Source: Patescibacteria group bacterium
Lineage (GTDB): Bacteria; Patescibacteriota; Patescibacteriia; UBA2591; UBA6264
Direction: 5' to 3'
Length of the DNA: 32,000 nt
Assembly: GCA_028713575.1 (NCBI GenBank)
Contig: JAQTOB010000003.1
Location: 40,350 to 72,349 of the forward strand
The stretch's first letter is position 1. Every line of letters begins with the position of its first letter. The notes under the pieces were generated by a model. It did not search any database. It was not told the origin of the DNA and saw only the letters and a list, made by a program, of their open reading frames with translations. Made by a program: the position numbers and the translations under genes. Below, piece after piece: positions 28,094 through 32,000 of this stretch.

Positions 28094-28534
28094 ATGTTAA
28101 CGATTAAATTAAGTAGAAAAGGTAAAAAAAATCAGCCGTTTTTTAGGGTGATTCTTTTAGAAAATCATAAAGACCCCTGGGGTAATTTTTTGGAAGATTT
28201 GGGATTTTTTAATCCCCTGACAAAAAAAATATCCTTAAAAGCGGAGCGAATTAAGTATTGGATTAGTCAGGGGGCACAACCGAGCGGGACAGTCCATAAT
28301 TTATTAGTTAACCAGGGAATTATTAAAGGAAAGAAGGTCAAGGTTACCAGTCTTTCCAACAAAAGAAAACAGACGGCGAAAAAAGTCGTCCCGCCTCGCC
28401 CTTCCGACGGGCAAGCGGTAACTCTTAATGAGGGCGGGGAGAAGCAAAAAAAAGAAAATCTAGTTGTAACAGAAAAACAGGAAACGCCGGCGGGACCGGA
28501 GCAAACAGCGCCGGAAGTACCAACAGAAAAATAA
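28094..28534 (+). CDS. rpsP: 30S ribosomal protein S16, with a ~60-aa low-complexity C-terminal extension
   Basis: MLTIKLSRKGKKNQPFFRVILLE...GFFNP......ERIKYWISQGAQPS.TV..LL. Confidence 0.9.
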   Translation: MLTIKLSRKGKKNQPFFRVILLENHKDPWGNFLEDLGFFNPLTKKISLKAERIKYWISQGAQPSGTVHNLLVNQGIIKGKKVKVTSLSNKRKQTAKKVVPPRPSDGQAVTLNEGGEKQKKENLVVTEKQETPAGPEQTAPEVPTEK

Positions 28535-28539
28535 AAGCC

Positions 28540-28567
28540 TTGACAGGGCAAAAAATTTCATTACAAT
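28540..28567 (+). promoter_or_regulatory. Candidate internal sigma70 promoter
   Basis: TTGACA, 16-nt spacer, TACAAT, immediately after the rpsP stop. Confidence 0.4.
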
Positions 28568-28702
28568 AATTTTACAGATACAATTGCCAGTCTTAAGGAG
28601 AGGCCGTTATTAATTTCGGTTTCCGAAAAGGTCGTCGGACTGGGAGAATTCATTCAACGTATTGGTTCTTTAGTTAATATAATAAAATTTTAGATTAAAC
28701 GT

Positions 28703-29008
28703 ATGGCAGAAAAACACAAAGACCAAGAATTTTTGGAAGTTCTTATTAAATCACTCGTAACTCATCCAGAAGACGTCAAAGTTACTCGTGAGGTTGATGA
28801 AATGGGAGTTCTTCTTTCATTAAGAATCAACCCAGAAGACATGGGTCAAATTATTGGTCGTCAGGGTTCAACCGCACGGTCAATTAGAAGTCTTTTAAGA
28901 ATTGTCGGCTTGAGAAACAACGCAAGAGTTAATCTTAAAATAGAAGAACCCGAAGGCTCAACAAGAAGAGCTCCCCGGGTTAATGCCGACGAAGAGTTAA
29001 AATTATAA
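28703..29008 (+). CDS. khpA: KH-domain RNA-binding protein (YlqC/KhpA-like)
   Basis: LV.HPEDVKV........V.L.L.....DMGQIIGRQGSTARSIRSLL pattern. Position between rpsP and trmD matches the conserved operon. Confidence 0.75.
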   Translation: MAEKHKDQEFLEVLIKSLVTHPEDVKVTREVDEMGVLLSLRINPEDMGQIIGRQGSTARSIRSLLRIVGLRNNARVNLKIEEPEGSTRRAPRVNADEELKL

Positions 29009-29078
29009 ATTAACCCAAAAGGGTGGTAAAAGTCGTTGTCCATTTGGGCGCGATTTTTACTTTTTAAGTAAAACAAAA

Positions 29079-29822
29079 ATGATTAATTTTGAAATAATTT
29101 CAATTTTTCCTAAAATTTTTGATTCATATTTTAATACTTCAATTATTAATCGGGCTCAAAAGAAAAAATTGATTAAAATTAAAATTCACGATTTAAGAAA
29201 ATGGACCGAAGATAAACATAAAACAGTAGACGATCGGCCCTATGGCGGCGGGCCGGGCATGCTACTTAAACCTTTGCCTATTTATAAGGCAATAAGATGT
29301 TTAAGCAAATGCAAAAATCAAAAATCAAAATGCAAAATTAAGGAAAAGATTATTTTATTAACTCCCGACGGGAAGCAATTTAATCAAAAAATGGCCCATC
29401 AATATGCGAAATTGGACCACATTATTTTTGTTTGCGGTCACTATGAGGGATTTGATGCCAGAATAGAAAAATTTGTCGATGAAAAAATTTCCACTGGACC
29501 ATATATTTTAACTGGTGGTGAAATACCGGCGATGGCGATCGTTGACGCAGTGACACGATTAATTCCCGGCGTAATTAAATCAGAATCTTTACAAGAAGAA
29601 ACATTCAGTTTTAGAGATGTTAAAAACATTCAGAATTCGTCCGAATTGGTAATTCATAGAGAAACAGGCAAAGTCCTTGGAGAATACCCGCAGTACACCA
29701 GACCAGAAATATTGATTATTAAAAATAAAAAAGGAACAAATAAAAAATTAAATGTTCCAAAAATTCTTTTAACCGGCAATCATAAAAAAATTGAGGAGTG
29801 GAAATTAAGTCACTTAAAATGA
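29079..29822 (+). CDS. trmD: tRNA (guanine37-N1)-methyltransferase
   Basis: FEIISIFPKIF......SII.RA...........DLR.W..DKHKTVDDRPYGGGPGM, GHYEGFD.R, LTGGE.PAM. Ends with TGA. Confidence 0.9.
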   Translation: MINFEIISIFPKIFDSYFNTSIINRAQKKKLIKIKIHDLRKWTEDKHKTVDDRPYGGGPGMLLKPLPIYKAIRCLSKCKNQKSKCKIKEKIILLTPDGKQFNQKMAHQYAKLDHIIFVCGHYEGFDARIEKFVDEKISTGPYILTGGEIPAMAIVDAVTRLIPGVIKSESLQEETFSFRDVKNIQNSSELVIHRETGKVLGEYPQYTRPEILIIKNKKGTNKKLNVPKILLTGNHKKIEEWKLSHLK

Positions 29823-29849
29823 CAATTATTAATTGTCCACAATTAGGCA

Positions 29850-29878
29850 TTGACAATTATTTGAGGGTTATTTATAAT
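29850..29878 (+). promoter_or_regulatory. rRNA operon promoter
   Basis: Consensus TTGACA (29850-29855), 17-nt spacer, TATAAT (29873-29878), ~180 nt upstream of the 16S. Confidence 0.6.
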
Positions 29879-30004
29879 AGTTATAATTAAATTGTTAATA
29901 CTTTAATAATGTAATTTAGTTAGTCAATAATCTATCTATATTTATATTTTATATAAGAATAGCGGGGTTATTGACCTCGCTATTTTAACAAGTTCTTTAC
30001 ATAA

Positions 30005-30028
30005 CCTATTAAACACAGAGAATCAACC
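30005..30028 (+). promoter_or_regulatory. 16S precursor processing stem, 5' strand (pairs with 31653-31676)
   Basis: CCTATTAAACACAGAGAATCAACC is the exact reverse complement of GGTTGATTCTCTGTGTTTGATAGG, which lies downstream of the 16S. This is the classic RNase III-type stem. Confidence 0.8.
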
Positions 30029-30057
30029 AGTCTATTCAATTAATTATTACAAACTCT

Positions 30058-31574
<1,517 letters not shown>

Positions 31575-31852
31575 TAGAGAAACCAACCCTTGCCTTTTTA
31601 AGGCAAGAGGTATGGTCGACTTTATTTAAGTTTATTTTAACTTAAATAAAAAGGTTGATTCTCTGTGTTTGATAGGTTTTTTTATTTTTATATAAAAATT
31701 ACGTTTCTTGATAAATTAATAGAAATTGTTATGCTTTAAAAAGCAAAAGAATAAAAACACAAAAAATGTTGTGCTTTATTTATTGGTTAAAATAATTTAT
31801 TTTAGTGAGCAAATATTGACGAATAGAAATAATTCATTAAAATAATTGTTAT

Positions 31853-31931
31853 GAGCGCGTAGCTCAGTTGGTTAGACCTGCCTACTCTGCCTACCGGCAG
31901 ACAGGCGGCAGGCAGGGCGCGTCTCTGATAG
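31853..31931 (+). other. tRNA-Ile(GAT)-like 5' half (acceptor 5' strand to anticodon loop) with a 40-nt GC-rich insertion in the D stem; no matching 3' half in the window
   Basis: GAGCGCG-TA-GCTC-AGTTGGTTA-GA[40 nt, 31877-31916]GC-G-CGTCT-CTGATAG. The expected AGACG strand does not follow. Confidence 0.5.
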
Positions 31932-31976
31932 CAATGATTTTTTTCTTTTAAAAGTTTCAAGTGGGCGTTTATAAGG

Positions 31977-32000
31977 GGGCGCGTAGCTCAGTTGGTTAGA
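31977..32000 (+). tRNA. 5' end of a spacer tRNA, truncated by the window edge; identity undetermined (Ile or Ala expected)
   Basis: GGGCGCG-TA-GCTC-AGTTGGTTAGA matches a standard acceptor and D arm. It differs from the upstream fragment at position 2 only. Confidence 0.6.

Overview
AT-rich, tightly packed bacterial chromosome segment. About 33 protein genes, mostly housekeeping: pilT, efp, rpsR-ssb-rpsF, glgA, gyrA, pcm, infB, rpsP-khpA-trmD. It also holds three intact tRNAs and a complete 16S rRNA with its promoter and processing stem. A Candidate Phyla Radiation / Patescibacteria-like organism is inferred from four things: a divergent 16S (mismatches at the 341 and 515 universal primer sites, CCUCA tail), near absence of Shine-Dalgarno sequences, many small membrane-anchored hypothetical proteins, and selfish elements inside core genes. 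The genetic code looks standard, since TGA ends conserved genes at their natural ends. No CRISPR array, transposase, integrase or recognisable defence operon was found. The non-routine signal is in non-coding DNA. (1) A tRNA-Ala-like gene is split into two perfectly pairing halves (6949-6986 and 7187-7223, minus strand) by a ~200-nt insert. The insert carries an intact paralogous tRNA-Ala(CGC) and is bounded by a 15-nt inverted repeat. (2) The 16S-23S spacer shows a similar layout: a tRNA-Ile-like 5' half with a 40-nt GC-rich insertion, followed by a second tRNA start at the window edge. (3) A perfect 246-bp tandem duplication (6407-6900) lies next to a free-standing LAGLIDADG gene. (4) The repeat unit shares a ~100-nt hairpin module, with compensatory base-pair changes, with the leader of the gene at 25618. 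(5) A hairpin plus CTGCAAGAAG repeat motif recurs upstream of three consecutive membrane/secreted-protein genes (25618, 26683, 27167). Also present are a GyrA active-site intein with a LAGLIDADG domain, a split GT4 glycosyltransferase, and a subtilase with near-identical 153-nt FG-GAP repeats. All calls rest on reading the sequence and ORF translations by eye; no database or covariance-model searches were run.
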